From Deinococcales bacterium (lineage in GTDB: Bacteria; Deinococcota; Deinococci; Deinococcales; JAAFIG01): a stretch of DNA of 64,000 nucleotides. Both the position numbers and the translations under genes were made by a program. Position 1 is the stretch's first letter. Every line of letters starts with the position of its first letter. Positions 28,589 through 39,948 of this stretch are shown here, piece by piece. Location: NCBI GenBank assembly GCA_031414595.1, contig JANNVX010000018.1:64001-128000 (forward strand), written 5' to 3'. The notes below the pieces were generated by a model. That model was not told the origin of the DNA, made no database searches, and was given only the letters and a program-made list of their open reading frames with translations.

Positions 28589-29245
28589 TTAGTTTACTCG
28601 AGAAACGAAACTGGTGATGGCTTGTACCAGTCTAGCTTGTATATCTATAGACCCAAGTACATTCCCCGCAATCTCGAGGCTGTGATTTGCACCTTCAAAA
28701 ACAATCACTTGACCATTATTTGCAGCCCTCACTGGCTCGAGTACAACTGGGTCGTAATGCTGGTCGCTCGAGCCGATAAAAAAAATACCCTGATGAGATT
28801 TTGTGGTAACGACTTTGAGGAACTGCTGATTCTTAAAAAGCGGTGTTAGCCAAATAAACTCAGTCTCGAGGTTTAAGTCCTGCTCGAGAATTTTTGCCAG
28901 CAACAGTGTTCCCATTGATTTTCCAACCAAGGTAATTCGGGTGTACTGACTTAAACCCTGAATGGTCTCGAGGATGGCGATGGAGTCTGCACCAATACTT
29001 TCTTCTTTTTCACGATCAGTAAACGCCTTAAATTTTGACCTTCGGTACGTTGGTTCAATTTTCAATTCATCCGCACCAAGTTGATGCAGCAGCCTTCTCG
29101 AGTAGTACAAGGCAGGATGCTCTAAGGTATAGCCAATTCCGGGCAGAAAAACCGCGAGATGCGTATTATTTTCTTTTTCGCAAGTCAGGGCGTTTTCTAG
29201 CAATTGACTTGAATATCCAGTAATTTTCAGTTCTCGAGTTCCCAT
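28589..29245 (-). CDS. Alpha/beta hydrolase
   Basis: FLPGIGY, nucleophile elbow GKSMG, IGSSD and GANHSL. Confidence 0.85.
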   Translation of the reverse strand: MGTRELKITGYSSQLLENALTCEKENNTHLAVFLPGIGYTLEHPALYYSRRLLHQLGADELKIEPTYRRSKFKAFTDREKEESIGADSIAILETIQGLSQYTRITLVGKSMGTLLLAKILEQDLNLETEFIWLTPLFKNQQFLKVVTTKSHQGIFFIGSSDQHYDPVVLEPVRAANNGQVIVFEGANHSLEIAGNVLGSIDIQARLVQAITSFVSRVN

Positions 29246-29321
29246 AGTTGTAAGCGTATCACACATAAAAAGTGGTCAGTTTCCGCTATTTGAGTCTGCC
29301 AATATCATGTACTTTAGCGGC

Positions 29322-29846
29322 ATGAAAATCTTTGTTTTACTACTGATGCTCCTTGGCTCAGCTTTTGCCACCACTATTTTTGAATTTAGCCCCAAAGAAA
29401 CCACTTGGTATCTTCGCAACGATTCGGTCATGGGTGGAATCTCGAGAAGCCAAATTGCTTTTCGGGGCGGCATTCTCGAGTTTACAGGGCGGGTGCGCTT
29501 AGAAAACGGTGGTGGTTTTTCTGGGATTCGTGCAATCGCAGGGCGCTACGATTTATCTCAATTTTCGAGTGTCGTGCTTCGGGTTCGCGGCGATGGTAAA
29601 CGCTATGGCTTGCAACTTGGAACAAATGCTAATAGCCGAATAACCTACCGAATGCAGTTTAATACTGTGGCAAGTAAATGGATAGAAGTTCGTTTGCCCT
29701 TTGCGGCTTTTCGTGCCATGCGTTCAGGTGAATTTATCAAAACTGTACCCCTTGACCCTAGCCGCATTGCCTTTTTTGGCTTGACTTTTGGCAATGGCAA
29801 AGCAGAACGCTTTAAGCTCGAGTTGGATTGGATTAAAGGACGATAG
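29322..29846 (+). CDS. CIA30-family protein with signal peptide
   Basis: NDSVMGGIS, LENGGGFS, RVRGDGKRY and FKLELDWI. Confidence 0.88.
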   Translation: MKIFVLLLMLLGSAFATTIFEFSPKETTWYLRNDSVMGGISRSQIAFRGGILEFTGRVRLENGGGFSGIRAIAGRYDLSQFSSVVLRVRGDGKRYGLQLGTNANSRITYRMQFNTVASKWIEVRLPFAAFRAMRSGEFIKTVPLDPSRIAFFGLTFGNGKAERFKLELDWIKGR

Positions 29847-29929
29847 GCGTTCAACTATCGGTGACAACCAGAATTCCTTAAGCAAAACTTGAGAAATCAT
29901 GGTCTAAACGGAGTAAATCCATATTTGGC

Positions 29930-30295
29930 TTAAAAAATCAGCTTAAATAACCACCATGCTGCCAAACCCCACAGCAAAATCATAAAAATCAATCCACCAA
30001 GACTGATGGGCTTCTTCTCGAGCAGCCCAGCTTTGGCTCGAGCCTCGTTGATAACATCGGCAGGAATGAGTTTAAGCACCAACCAAACCCCAATTGGAAC
30101 AAGAATAATATCGTCGAGCATACCAAGAATGGGGATAAAGTCTGGAATTAGGTCAATCGGCGAGAGTGCATAGGCTGTGACCAAAATTGCACCAACCCGA
30201 GCCAAAAGCGGTGTGCGTGGGTCTTGTGCGGCACAATACAAAGTTAGCACCTCGCGTTTAAGGTGTTTGGCAGCTTGTTTGATGGTTTTGAGCAT
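29930..30295 (-). CDS. YkvA/DUF1232 membrane protein
   Basis: YALSPIDLIPDFIPILGMLDD. Confidence 0.9.
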   Translation of the reverse strand: MLKTIKQAAKHLKREVLTLYCAAQDPRTPLLARVGAILVTAYALSPIDLIPDFIPILGMLDDIILVPIGVWLVLKLIPADVINEARAKAGLLEKKPISLGGLIFMILLWGLAAWWLFKLIF

Positions 30296-31245
30296 TATCC
30301 TAGTAGGGCATCTATGAATTCTTTGGCATCGAACGGTTGTAAATCTTCGGCTTTTTCGCCGACACCGATAAATTTAAGCGGCACACCAAGTTCACGCACT
30401 ATCGGTATCACAATTCCGCCCTTAGATGTGCCATCTAATTTGGTGACAATTACGCCCGTTAGCCCCACCGCTTCATGGAACTTTTTGGCTTGCTCGAGAC
30501 CATTTTGCCCTGTGACGGCATCTAAGACCAACCAGATTTCACCAGGTTCTTTCTCATCGGCTTTTTGAATGGTTCGTTTAACTTTTTTTAATTCTTCCAT
30601 CAAGTTGTGTTTGTTGTGCAAGCGCCCAGCCGTATCAACAAATAATAAATCTACGTCTCGAGCCTTTCGAGCAGTCGTCGCATCAAAAGCCACTGCCGCA
30701 GGGTCAGAGCCGTCTAAGCCCTGCACCACACCAATTCCAAGCCGTTCACCCCAAACCCCAAGTTGAGTTCCAGCCGCCGCCCTGAAGGTATCACCCGCCG
30801 CAAACATCACGCTTTTATTTTTTGAAGTGTAATACTGCCCGAGCTTAGCAATGGTCGTGGTTTTACCCACACCATTGACCCCAATCATCAAAATCACTTT
30901 ACCTTTTAATTCCACCGTGCTTTTTTTGGCATCTGGGGTAAAACCAGCTTGGCGAAGTTTTGCCCGAAATGCGTCTGGCTCGAGTTGCACCGTCAGGGCT
31001 TGAGCAAGGGCTTCCCGAAGGTCGCGTTTACCGCTCTGTTTCATATATTCACGCACATCATCTAAAATTTCGTTGGCGTATTTAGCCCCAACGTCTGCGC
31101 CAATCAAAGCAAATTCTAAATCCTCGAGCGTGGTTAAATCGGGTTTCTCGGGGGTAATTTCTATCGCCCCGAGTGGACCTGCCATTTGGTTAATTGCGGT
31201 GCGGGTTTTAGAAAGACCGTCTTTTAAGCGCTGAAGCCAACTCAC
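30295..31245 (-). CDS. ftsY: Signal recognition particle receptor FtsY
   Basis: GVNGVGKTTTIAKL, DTFRAAA, DTAGRL and TKLDGTSKGG. GTG start (MSWLQRLK) lies 6 nt after TACAGT. Confidence 0.96.
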   Translation of the reverse strand: MSWLQRLKDGLSKTRTAINQMAGPLGAIEITPEKPDLTTLEDLEFALIGADVGAKYANEILDDVREYMKQSGKRDLREALAQALTVQLEPDAFRAKLRQAGFTPDAKKSTVELKGKVILMIGVNGVGKTTTIAKLGQYYTSKNKSVMFAAGDTFRAAAGTQLGVWGERLGIGVVQGLDGSDPAAVAFDATTARKARDVDLLFVDTAGRLHNKHNLMEELKKVKRTIQKADEKEPGEIWLVLDAVTGQNGLEQAKKFHEAVGLTGVIVTKLDGTSKGGIVIPIVRELGVPLKFIGVGEKAEDLQPFDAKEFIDALLG

Positions 31246-31318
31246 ATACAGACTGTAGCATCTTTTAAGCGGGATTCTTAAGCGGGTGTTAGACTCAAGC
31301 GCACCAAAAGGACTCAAA

Positions 31319-31777
31319 ATGCGAAATGCCACCACCCAAGACATTGGAAAACTCATCGAATTGATGACCGAGTTCTATGCCGAATCGAATTACGAACTGA
31401 ATACTGTAGAGGCAACTCGAGCTTTTGAAACCCTGCTGAGCGATTCGCGCTTGGGTTTCGTTTGGATCATCGAAGCCAACAATACAGAAGCTGGCTATTT
31501 GATTGTGACCCTAAAATTTGCGATGGAATACAGTGGCACAAGTGCTTGTCTCGATGATTTATTTGTAAAGCCGAAATTTCGCAACCGTGGTTTAAGCAGT
31601 GCTGCATTGCAAGAATTACGGGTATACTGCCAAAATAATCATATTCGAGCCATGACCGTAGAAGTCGGTAAGGATAATGCCGCAGCCCAAAAGGTGTACC
31701 GCAGAACAGGTTTTCTCGAGTTGGGAAATCGGGTTTTGCTTGGTATGGCTCTTGCAAACCCAAGTCATGTTGTTTAA
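31319..31777 (+). CDS. GNAT acetyltransferase
   Basis: LDDLFVKPKFRNRGL and NAAAQKVYRRTGF. Confidence 0.88.
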   Translation: MRNATTQDIGKLIELMTEFYAESNYELNTVEATRAFETLLSDSRLGFVWIIEANNTEAGYLIVTLKFAMEYSGTSACLDDLFVKPKFRNRGLSSAALQELRVYCQNNHIRAMTVEVGKDNAAAQKVYRRTGFLELGNRVLLGMALANPSHVV

Positions 31778-31872
31778 CTTATTTCAGCCAAACCAAGACC
31801 CCTGCATTCATACCTGTGCCTCGAGCCAGTTTGCCCAAGATTTAGCACATCTAAAGTCGTTAAAATACAACC

Positions 31873-32643
31873 ATGAAGTTTTTTATCTTGGTTTTGTTTT
31901 TACTTTCCTCGAGTAGTTTAGCCCAAGGCAGTAATGAAACCATTCCGCCGGGTGTGTTTGCAGCTTTTTTGGCAGGTTTAATTTCATTTTTGTCGCCTTG
32001 TGTGTTACCGCTTGTCCCGAGCTACTTGGCGGTACTTGGCGGCGGTACAGGAAAAAAACCAATTGTTGGCGCACTGCTTTTTGTACTTGGTTTTACAATC
32101 GTCTTTATTTCTTTTGGCGCAGGGGCGAGTGCTTTGGGCAGTTTAATGCGTCAGAACAAGGATTTACTCGGTCAGATTGGTGGGGCGCTGATTATGATTT
32201 TTGGGGTAATTTTTTTAATCAAAGACCGTGTACCGTTTTTGAACCAAGAATATCGTGCTGACCTTGGCACAGCTTCTAAGTTTGGGCTGGTGGCATTGGG
32301 GGCGGCGTTTGGTGCGGGTTGGACCCCGTGTATTGGACCGATTCTGGGCGTGATTCTAAGCATTGCTGGCTCGAGTGGAAACTTAGGAACTGGGGTTGGG
32401 CTGCTTTTTATTTATTCGCTTGGTTTAGCTATTCCGTTTTTGCTGGCAGCATTGGCATGGGATAAAATTGGCTCGAGATTTAAGACTATCGGGCGGTATG
32501 TGGGTGTGGTTGAAAAAATTAGTGGGGTATTGCTGATTGTGGCTGGCTTACTACTGGTGACTGGTAATTATGCCGAGCTTGGACGGCAACTCCAAGCCAT
32601 CACTCCGACTTGGTTACTCGATTTTGAACGCAGCTTAAAGTAA
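31873..32643 (+). CDS. ccdA: Cytochrome c biogenesis protein CcdA
   Basis: SFLSPCVLPLVP and GWTPCIGPIL. Confidence 0.92.
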   Translation: MKFFILVLFLLSSSSLAQGSNETIPPGVFAAFLAGLISFLSPCVLPLVPSYLAVLGGGTGKKPIVGALLFVLGFTIVFISFGAGASALGSLMRQNKDLLGQIGGALIMIFGVIFLIKDRVPFLNQEYRADLGTASKFGLVALGAAFGAGWTPCIGPILGVILSIAGSSGNLGTGVGLLFIYSLGLAIPFLLAALAWDKIGSRFKTIGRYVGVVEKISGVLLIVAGLLLVTGNYAELGRQLQAITPTWLLDFERSLK

Positions 32644-32786
32644 TGATGTGGTTTTCAGATTAAAATCATTGATGAAAATTTCAAAAATATTTTTCAATCT
32701 TTTATTCATGTTTTACATGATTGCCTGTGCTTTTCTGGTTAAACCGAGAATTCGCTCGGGATAAACTTAATTCAAACAGGAGCAAC

Positions 32787-33506
32787 ATGAATCTCAAAAG
32801 AGCTTTTTTATTAACTGTCACCGCCCTAGGTCTCTCAAGCGCAGCTTTGGCAGATGGCTTTAGTGCCACCTTGGAAGTGCCAATAGTGCCTACTTTTTCG
32901 GCTAAACTGGGCTTAAATTACAGCCTTGAAGTCAGCCCGAACCTGTTTATCGGTGGCAGTCTTAACTCAACAATTACGCCCGGTGCGACCAATGTTTTTG
33001 GTTTGACGGCTCGAGTTGGGGCGAAGTACGTGCTGTTGCTCTTAAAAAACAGCACCACTTCAGTCAATGCCTATCTTGGCGCAGGGGTCAATGCTTCGGT
33101 GATACCAGCCCCGTTTACGATTGGATTAGACCTGAATGCGGGTATCAATGCAATCACTGCCATTGGTGGCGGCTTTAAGTTCTATGGTGGGGTTGATGGA
33201 GTCGTTGCCTATGTTTTCACAGGAGGTGCATTTGTGTTTTCGCTTGCGGCTAACGCAGGTGTTTTTTTTGAACCTGTTACCAACCTCGAGTTTCGTTTGC
33301 AAGGCTTGGTCGCTTTGGTTGGTACGGCTGGACTTACGGGCTTTGGATGGGGTGTTGGCAGCAGTTTGTATTATACCATTGTCCCACAATTTAAGGTCGG
33401 TTTAACGGCTGCTTATGGCTCGAGTGGTGCGTTTGTCTTTGGTCTTGGCGCATTATTTGCCGAGAAGCCCGGTACACTTGGAATCGCTGGAAATTACCTC
33501 CCATAA
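32787..33506 (+). CDS. Secreted putative outer-membrane beta-barrel protein
   Basis: Signal peptide ending SAALA, alternating Gly/aromatic beta strands and SD AGGAG. Confidence 0.65.
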   Translation: MNLKRAFLLTVTALGLSSAALADGFSATLEVPIVPTFSAKLGLNYSLEVSPNLFIGGSLNSTITPGATNVFGLTARVGAKYVLLLLKNSTTSVNAYLGAGVNASVIPAPFTIGLDLNAGINAITAIGGGFKFYGGVDGVVAYVFTGGAFVFSLAANAGVFFEPVTNLEFRLQGLVALVGTAGLTGFGWGVGSSLYYTIVPQFKVGLTAAYGSSGAFVFGLGALFAEKPGTLGIAGNYLP

Positions 33507-33520
33507 ATTTAAGCCCAAGA

Positions 33521-33549
33521 AAGCGGCGGCTTATGGCTGCTGCTTTTTT
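33521..33549 (+). terminator. Intrinsic terminator
   Basis: AAGCGGCGGC-TTATG-GCTGCTGCTT followed by a T run. Confidence 0.7.
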
Positions 33550-33660
33550 ATGCAGCCAGTTTTGTGACTACAACCTTTTTAAGCTCGAGTGACCCAGCCA
33601 ATAACTTTGAACTTCATGGTTTGCTGGTTTTGAAACTTGGAAATCGGTAAACTAAATCGT

Positions 33661-35322
33661 ATGAACCCACACGATTGGAATTCTGTTGCATCACACTTTG
33701 CTGCTCTCGAGTCTGCCCCATTATCGGCGGCGACCGCCCAAACGTGGTTACAGTCTTGGAGTGATTTAAGCGCCGAGATGACCGAAGCCTATTCTCGAGC
33801 CTACCGTGCCAAAATGGAAAACACGACCGATGCTGCTGCCGAAGCAGTCTATTTGAACTTGGTCGAAAACGTTGTGCCAAATCTTAAAATTGCCGAGAAC
33901 ACCTTGGAAAAACGCTTTGTGGCACTGACCGATTATACCGATGCCCAGACCTTTGAATTTTATAAGCGCACCAAAGCCAGCTTAGCCATTTTTGCTCAAG
34001 CCAATATTGCCTTGTCAGTCGAAGAAAGCAAATACGAAGTTGAATACGATAAACTCATCGGTGACATCAATATCCAAATTCGCGGTCAGGAACTAACACT
34101 GTATGGTGCTTGGGCTAAGTTACTCGAGCCAGACCAAACTTTGCGCCAAGAAGTTTACACCGCACTGATGGCAGCATGGCAAAAAATCCGTCCTCAACTC
34201 GAGAAGATGTTCTTAGAATTGCTGTCTTTACGGCGGCAAATTGCTACAAATGCTGGTTTTGCCAATTACCGAGAATTTATTTGGCAAGCCAAAGCGCGGT
34301 TTGATTACACCCCCGCAGATTGCCTTGAGTTTCACCAAAGCATTAAAAAAATTGTTGTGCCAATCGCTGCCAAAGCCTTTGCCAAACGCCGTCAAACCAT
34401 GCAACTCGAGACACTGCGCCCGTGGGATACATCCGTTGACCCAAGCGGACTCGAGCCGTTGCGACCTTTTGCAAATGTCGGTCAACTGATTGACCAAAGT
34501 TCAAAAATTTTCTCGAGTTTATCCCCAGAATTTGGTGAAATGTTCGACACTATGCGTCAAAAGAACTTGGATTTAGACAGTCGCAAAGGAAAAGGACCCG
34601 GCGGATTCTGCGACTTTTTTAATCAAAGTGGAGAAGCCTATATTTTTATGAATGCAGTTGGTACTCAAGATGATATTCAGACGCTTTTTCACGAAGGCGG
34701 ACATGCTTTTCATGCCTTAGAAAGCCATAAACATCAAAAACTGATTTGGAATTACCACGGACCAATGGAATTTAACGAAGTTGCCAGTATGGGTATGGAA
34801 ATGCTGGCGATGCCATACTTAGAAGCGTCCAAAGGTGGGATGTACACCGCACCAGAAGCCAAACGCGCTCGAGCCGAACACCTTTTTGATGCGGCGGTGG
34901 TGTTCCTGCCATACATGGCGTGTGTGGATGCTTTCCAGCACTGGTTGTATGTGGATGCACCAGATGATGTCAGCATCAGCGCCATCAATGCAAAATGGGC
35001 AGAACTTTACTCGAGTTTCTTACCGCATTTAGATTTTAGTGGTATCGAAGATGGAATGGCATTTCGTTGGCAACGCCAAAGCCATATTTTCACAGCCCCG
35101 TTTTATTACATCGAATACGGCATTGCCCAAGTCGGTGCGTTACAAGTTTGGCAGAATGCCGTTGAAAACGAAGCAGAAGCTGTCCAGAAATACCGCCAAG
35201 CGTTGCAACTGGGCAATACAAAAGGCTTAAAAGAACTGTTTGAAACGGCTGGACTGACATTGCGGTTTGACTCGAGCCACTTAGCGAGTTTAATGCAATT
35301 GGTTGAAGCTGCCCTCGAGTGA
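33661..35322 (+). CDS. M3-family oligoendopeptidase (PepF-like)
   Basis: HEGGH zinc motif, EVASMGME and [12 protein letters not shown]. Confidence 0.92.
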   Translation: MNPHDWNSVASHFAALESAPLSAATAQTWLQSWSDLSAEMTEAYSRAYRAKMENTTDAAAEAVYLNLVENVVPNLKIAENTLEKRFVALTDYTDAQTFEFYKRTKASLAIFAQANIALSVEESKYEVEYDKLIGDINIQIRGQELTLYGAWAKLLEPDQTLRQEVYTALMAAWQKIRPQLEKMFLELLSLRRQIATNAGFANYREFIWQAKARFDYTPADCLEFHQSIKKIVVPIAAKAFAKRRQTMQLETLRPWDTSVDPSGLEPLRPFANVGQLIDQSSKIFSSLSPEFGEMFDTMRQKNLDLDSRKGKGPGGFCDFFNQSGEAYIFMNAVGTQDDIQTLFHEGGHAFHALESHKHQKLIWNYHGPMEFNEVASMGMEMLAMPYLEASKGGMYTAPEAKRARAEHLFDAAVVFLPYMACVDAFQHWLYVDAPDDVSISAINAKWAELYSSFLPHLDFSGIEDGMAFRWQRQSHIFTAPFYYIEYGIAQVGALQVWQNAVENEAEAVQKYRQALQLGNTKGLKELFETAGLTLRFDSSHLASLMQLVEAALE

Positions 35323-36309
35323 TGCGGGTACTCGAGTGGGTTTCCTAAATTCAATATCCTCTGGTTCGCCACCATCTTCTCGCACAATCAAATTGGGGTT
35401 CTGAGCGCGTAGAAATTCCACAATGCCCCAAACCAAATCGTCTGGTGTGCTGGCGGCACTGGTAATCCCCACGGCTTTCACACCATCGAGCCATTCGCTT
35501 TTGATGTCACTGGCACTGTCCACGCGGTATGCCTCGGCGGTGATTTCTTCAGCTAGTTCGACCAAGCGCATTCCGTTACTTGAAGTCAGGCTCGAAACAA
35601 CCAAGAACAAATCCACTTGTGGGGCAATGATTTTCACGGCTGCCTGACGGTTTTTGGTGGCGTAACACAAGTCGCTTCTCGAGGGGATGGTTAGGTTCGG
35701 AAAGCGTTTTTTGAGAATCTCCACGGTTTTATCGGTGTCATCTACACTTAAAGTTGTTTGGGTTAACACAATGCACTTATTGGGGTCTGGGACTTCTACG
35801 GTCTGTGGGTCTTGCATTTTTTGGTCGGCTTTGCGGTTTCCCACGACGTTGACCAGAATTGTGTTGTCTGGGGCTTCGCCAAATGTTCCAATAATTTCTT
35901 GGTGCTGGCTCGAGTCGCCAATCAGTAAAATGCTGTAACCCATACCAGCATAGCGTTTAGATTCAGAATGCACCTTAGTGACCAATGGACAAGTTGCGTC
36001 CAGTGTGGTCAAACCGCGTTTATTTGCCTCCTCACGCACTTTAGGCGAAATGCCATGAGCGCTAAAGACCACGGTTGTCCCCTGACCGCTCATCCCCTCG
36101 AGTTCGGCTAAATCCTCTACAAAACGCACGTTATGCTCTGCCTCGAGACGATTTACCACTGTTTGATTATGGACAATCGCGTGATAGGCAATGATGTCGC
36201 CTTCGTTACTGGCTTTGTTTTCTAAGGCAGCATCTTTCAGGGCATCAATTGCCATGACCACCCCAGCACAGTAGCCACGCGGACGAGCCAGAATTACAGT
36301 CTCTATCAT
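35290..36309 (-). CDS. ispH: 4-hydroxy-3-methylbut-2-enyl diphosphate reductase
   Basis: [33 protein letters not shown] and SSNG. Confidence 0.96.
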   Translation of the reverse strand: MIETVILARPRGYCAGVVMAIDALKDAALENKASNEGDIIAYHAIVHNQTVVNRLEAEHNVRFVEDLAELEGMSGQGTTVVFSAHGISPKVREEANKRGLTTLDATCPLVTKVHSESKRYAGMGYSILLIGDSSQHQEIIGTFGEAPDNTILVNVVGNRKADQKMQDPQTVEVPDPNKCIVLTQTTLSVDDTDKTVEILKKRFPNLTIPSRSDLCYATKNRQAAVKIIAPQVDLFLVVSSLTSSNGMRLVELAEEITAEAYRVDSASDIKSEWLDGVKAVGITSAASTPDDLVWGIVEFLRAQNPNLIVREDGGEPEDIEFRKPTRVPASLEGSFNQLH

Positions 36310-36367
36310 GATTTTACAATAACGCTTGTGGTTAAGACAGGTGTCTCGAGTGAGCAAATCCAAGCTC

Positions 36368-36431
36368 TTGATTTTTCAAATAAATAGTGCTACATTCTGA
36401 GTTAGTTCACAATCTAAATTAACTAACTCAG
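36368..36431 (+). promoter_or_regulatory. Sigma70 promoter with palindromic ROK operator
   Basis: TTGATT-N17-TACATT, then CTGAGTTAGTT-N13-AACTAACTCAG (perfect 11-bp arms, 36397-36431). Confidence 0.75.
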
Positions 36432-36440
36432 GAGACTGGC

Positions 36441-37637
36441 ATGATAGTCAAAGGCGATCCAAGCGCCCTCAGAACCATGAACCGCACTAGCATCTTGCGT
36501 ATTTTGCGGCGGGTTGGACCAATTAGCCGCACTCAACTTGCTGAGCTAACTGGTTTGAGTCCAGCCTCGGTCAGTGGGGTCACAGCCGAACTGATTGCCG
36601 AAAAACTTCTGGTTGAACAAAGTATTGGCGAAGCTGGCTCGAGTGGTGGAAGGCGACCCATTTTTATTAACATTGACTACTCGGCGCACTTTGCGATTGG
36701 CTTAAAACTCTCCGAGCATCGGCTTGAGGCTGTGCTAACCGATTTGTCCTTGAAAGTCCTGACGCATCTTACTGAAGACCTCACCGAACACGACCCAATT
36801 CGAGTCACAATGCAAATAGCCGCCCTTTGTAAAAAACTGTATAAACGGGCGAAGGTTTCACCCGACGACCTGATTGGCATTGGCATTGGGCTTTCGGGTG
36901 TCATAGATGCAGTGAATGGTATTGCTGTTCATGCGCCGTTGTTGGGTTGGAAGCAGATAAAAATAGCCGAGATGGTCAGTCAAAAAACCAATTTACCAAG
37001 CTGGATAGACAATGATGTCAATTCTTTTGCGGCGGCTGAACGGCTTTTTGGTCATGCTAAACACGCCAATAGTTTTATTGCTGTCGCCATCGGGCGTGGT
37101 CTTGGTGCAGCCATCATTTGCAACGGCGAAATTCACCGTGGGCGCGATGGTGGGGCTGGCGAATTTGGGCATAATAAAATTCTGCTTAACGGACGGACTT
37201 GTAGTTGTGGCAGACAAGGTTGTTTGGAAGCCTACACCACCGAACCAGCGCTTTTGGGACTTTTTCTTGAACGTTTCCCAGAACACCGAGGAATAAGCAT
37301 TCCAGATTTGGTACAACTGGCAAACGCACAACACCAAGGCGCAATTTCTGTACTCGAGACGGCGGGGGCTTTACTAGGGCAGCATATTTCTTATTTGGTC
37401 AATGCCTTTAACCCAGAACTGATTGTCTTTGGTGGCGAAGGTGCAGAACTCGGCGATGCCTTTTTTGAACCGATGCGCCAAAGTCTGCGTAGTCTAGCCT
37501 TCGATGGTCTAGCGACTGAATTACCCTTAATTGTTGTGCCGTGGGCAAATGATGACTTTACACCGTGGGCGCAAGGTGCTGCTAGTTTAGCAGTCCAACA
37601 CGCATTTGATACAGGAGTGCTACTCAAAAACGCCTAG
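36441..37637 (+). CDS. ROK-family transcriptional repressor
   Basis: N-terminal HTH (ISRTQLAELTGLS), GGRRP, DNDVN, GEFGH and CSCGRQGCLE. Confidence 0.94.
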   Translation: MIVKGDPSALRTMNRTSILRILRRVGPISRTQLAELTGLSPASVSGVTAELIAEKLLVEQSIGEAGSSGGRRPIFINIDYSAHFAIGLKLSEHRLEAVLTDLSLKVLTHLTEDLTEHDPIRVTMQIAALCKKLYKRAKVSPDDLIGIGIGLSGVIDAVNGIAVHAPLLGWKQIKIAEMVSQKTNLPSWIDNDVNSFAAAERLFGHAKHANSFIAVAIGRGLGAAIICNGEIHRGRDGGAGEFGHNKILLNGRTCSCGRQGCLEAYTTEPALLGLFLERFPEHRGISIPDLVQLANAQHQGAISVLETAGALLGQHISYLVNAFNPELIVFGGEGAELGDAFFEPMRQSLRSLAFDGLATELPLIVVPWANDDFTPWAQGAASLAVQHAFDTGVLLKNA

Positions 37638-37741
37638 ACCTTAAGACTCAAAACCGATTCTCGAGTACGAACCGTATCGTAACTCGCTTTAGAAAATACG
37701 CCCCGAAACCCTTCGCCCTCATTCTATTAGGAGACTCAATC

Positions 37742-39007
37742 ATGAACAAAAAAATTCGTTATACCGCCCTAGCTGCTTTTGCTGTACTTGCGCCCATTGG
37801 TTTAATGGCAGAAGCCCAAAGTAAAAGAGTCGTGTTTTTATCGGTTCAAAACGCCACTGAAGGCTTTACTGGTGTGATTGGTAAACTGGCTGCCGAGTAC
37901 AGCAAACAAAACACCAATGTGGCATATGAATACCAAAATGCACCGCAAGCCGACCTTGCCCAAAAATTGCAATTATTGACTGCCAGTAACAGCCTACCGA
38001 CCATGTACAATGTGGCAGAACCAAGCCTGCTGATGCAGTTAGCCGAAAAAGGACAAGCTGCCGACATTGAAGAATTATTTAAGCAATACGGTATCTTTGA
38101 TAAACTGAACCCTGCGGCTGTGGCATTGCAAAAATCAATTACTGGTGGAAAATTACTTGGGCTGCCGCTCGAGTTAAATATTGAAGGAATCTGGTACAAC
38201 AAAAAACTCTTTGCTGACAATGGCATCAAAGAACCGACCACATGGGATGCGATGATGGCAGCCGCCGCCAAGTTCAAAACGGCTGGGATTCAACCCTTTG
38301 CGGCGAGCGGCGAACAAAAATGGCCCATCACCCGTTTAATCAATGGTTATGTCGCCCGTAAGTACGGTGCAGATGCAATGGCTCGAGTTGCCAAAGGCGA
38401 ATTAAAAGTCACCGATGCCGGATTTGTCGAAGCCGCTAGAGCCGTACAGGACATGGGTAAAAAAGGTTACTTTGGCGCGGGAGTCAACACCCTTGATTAC
38501 GGTAGCGCTCAGGATTTATTCCTCCAAGGCAAAGCCGCCATGTTCTACATGGGTTCTTGGGCATTGGGCAGCTTAAACGACCCGAAGCAAAATAAAATCG
38601 GTGCGGAAAACGTCGGCTTTTTTAACTTCCCAACAGTGCGCGGCGGCAAAGGTACACGCAACGAATGGTCGTTAAATACGGGTATTGCCACCGCAATTAA
38701 CCCAAAGCAAAACGATGCGGCACTCGGTGCATGGCTCAAGTATGTTTTTAGCAACTACGGTGAACGCGCCCTAACCGACAATGGACAGATTTCTGGTTTT
38801 AAGGTCGCTAAACTCCCCGCTAACTTGCCCGCTTTAACCAAAGCAACCTTGGCTAAACTTGGTGCAGCCAAGAATGCCTACTTGTGGTTTGAAGCGAAAT
38901 TTAGCAATAAGGCTTCCTCGGTGGCTGGTGACAATGTGCAATTGCTGGTGACAGGCGACATGACCCCAGAAAACTATCTGGCAGAATTACAAAAAGCCTT
39001 GAACTAA
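37742..39007 (+). CDS. Sugar ABC transporter substrate-binding protein
   Basis: Signal peptide, WYNKKLF..PTTWD and FLQGKAAMFYMGSW. Confidence 0.92.
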   Translation: MNKKIRYTALAAFAVLAPIGLMAEAQSKRVVFLSVQNATEGFTGVIGKLAAEYSKQNTNVAYEYQNAPQADLAQKLQLLTASNSLPTMYNVAEPSLLMQLAEKGQAADIEELFKQYGIFDKLNPAAVALQKSITGGKLLGLPLELNIEGIWYNKKLFADNGIKEPTTWDAMMAAAAKFKTAGIQPFAASGEQKWPITRLINGYVARKYGADAMARVAKGELKVTDAGFVEAARAVQDMGKKGYFGAGVNTLDYGSAQDLFLQGKAAMFYMGSWALGSLNDPKQNKIGAENVGFFNFPTVRGGKGTRNEWSLNTGIATAINPKQNDAALGAWLKYVFSNYGERALTDNGQISGFKVAKLPANLPALTKATLAKLGAAKNAYLWFEAKFSNKASSVAGDNVQLLVTGDMTPENYLAELQKALN

Positions 39008-39063
39008 ACCGAACCTAGGGCGGTGTCAAAGCCGCCCATTTATGCTCGAGAACGGAGGTTGTC

Positions 39064-39948
39064 ATGCAGGGAACGTTGCGCGATTGGAAAGCCGTTCTGG
39101 TTTTTGTCGGTCCAGCTTTGCTGATTTACACCATCATTTTACTTGTTCCGATTGTCTGGTCGGTTGGTTATACTTTTTTTTCAGGTTCACCGTTGGCTGG
39201 CTTTAAGTTTGTGGGTTTGGATAATTATGGACAAATTTGGCAGGATCAAAAATTCAAGGAAGCCCTTTGGTTTGGTACAAAATATGCGGCGGTGGTCAGT
39301 CTTGGACAGGTAATTTTAGGTTTGTTACTGGCGATGCTGTATATGTTTTATTTGCGTAAATCCTCGGTTTTGATTCGCACCCTCGTTTTTTTGCCTGTGG
39401 TCTTACCAACTGTAGCAAGCGCCCAGATGTTCGCTAAACTTTTTGCGATAGCACCGCAGTACGGGCTGGTCAATAGCCTGCTACAAGGTCTTGGTCTCGA
39501 GTCTTGGGTGCAGGGCTTTCTTGGACAGGCAAACAGTGCTTTTTGGGTGATTGCCGCCATGGACATTTGGAAAGCCATGGGCTTTTATGCAGTGCTGCTG
39601 TTTGCTGGTTTGGTTGAAATCCCCGAAGAAGTCTTAGAGGCAGCCCGAATAGATGGAGCGCAGGGTTGGACGTTATCAAGGTTTGTGGTCATGCCGTTGC
39701 TGATGCCAATTATCATCTCGAGCCTGATTTTTAGCTTAAATGGCACACTCAAGGTTTTTGATTCCATTCTGGCTTTAACGGGTGGCGGACCGGGTACAAC
39801 CACCATGCCCTTAACGCTATACATGTATAAAGTCTCGTTTACCTATAACGATTATGGGTACGGCTCTACTGTGGCATTGACCTTGGCGGTACAGTGCGTA
39901 CTGGTGACGCTGTTGGTACTCTGGCGGTCAAGAAAAGGACAAAGCTAA
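39064..39948 (+). CDS. Sugar ABC transporter permease
   Basis: FVGLDNY and EAA motif EAARIDGA. Confidence 0.93.
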   Translation: MQGTLRDWKAVLVFVGPALLIYTIILLVPIVWSVGYTFFSGSPLAGFKFVGLDNYGQIWQDQKFKEALWFGTKYAAVVSLGQVILGLLLAMLYMFYLRKSSVLIRTLVFLPVVLPTVASAQMFAKLFAIAPQYGLVNSLLQGLGLESWVQGFLGQANSAFWVIAAMDIWKAMGFYAVLLFAGLVEIPEEVLEAARIDGAQGWTLSRFVVMPLLMPIIISSLIFSLNGTLKVFDSILALTGGGPGTTTMPLTLYMYKVSFTYNDYGYGSTVALTLAVQCVLVTLLVLWRSRKGQS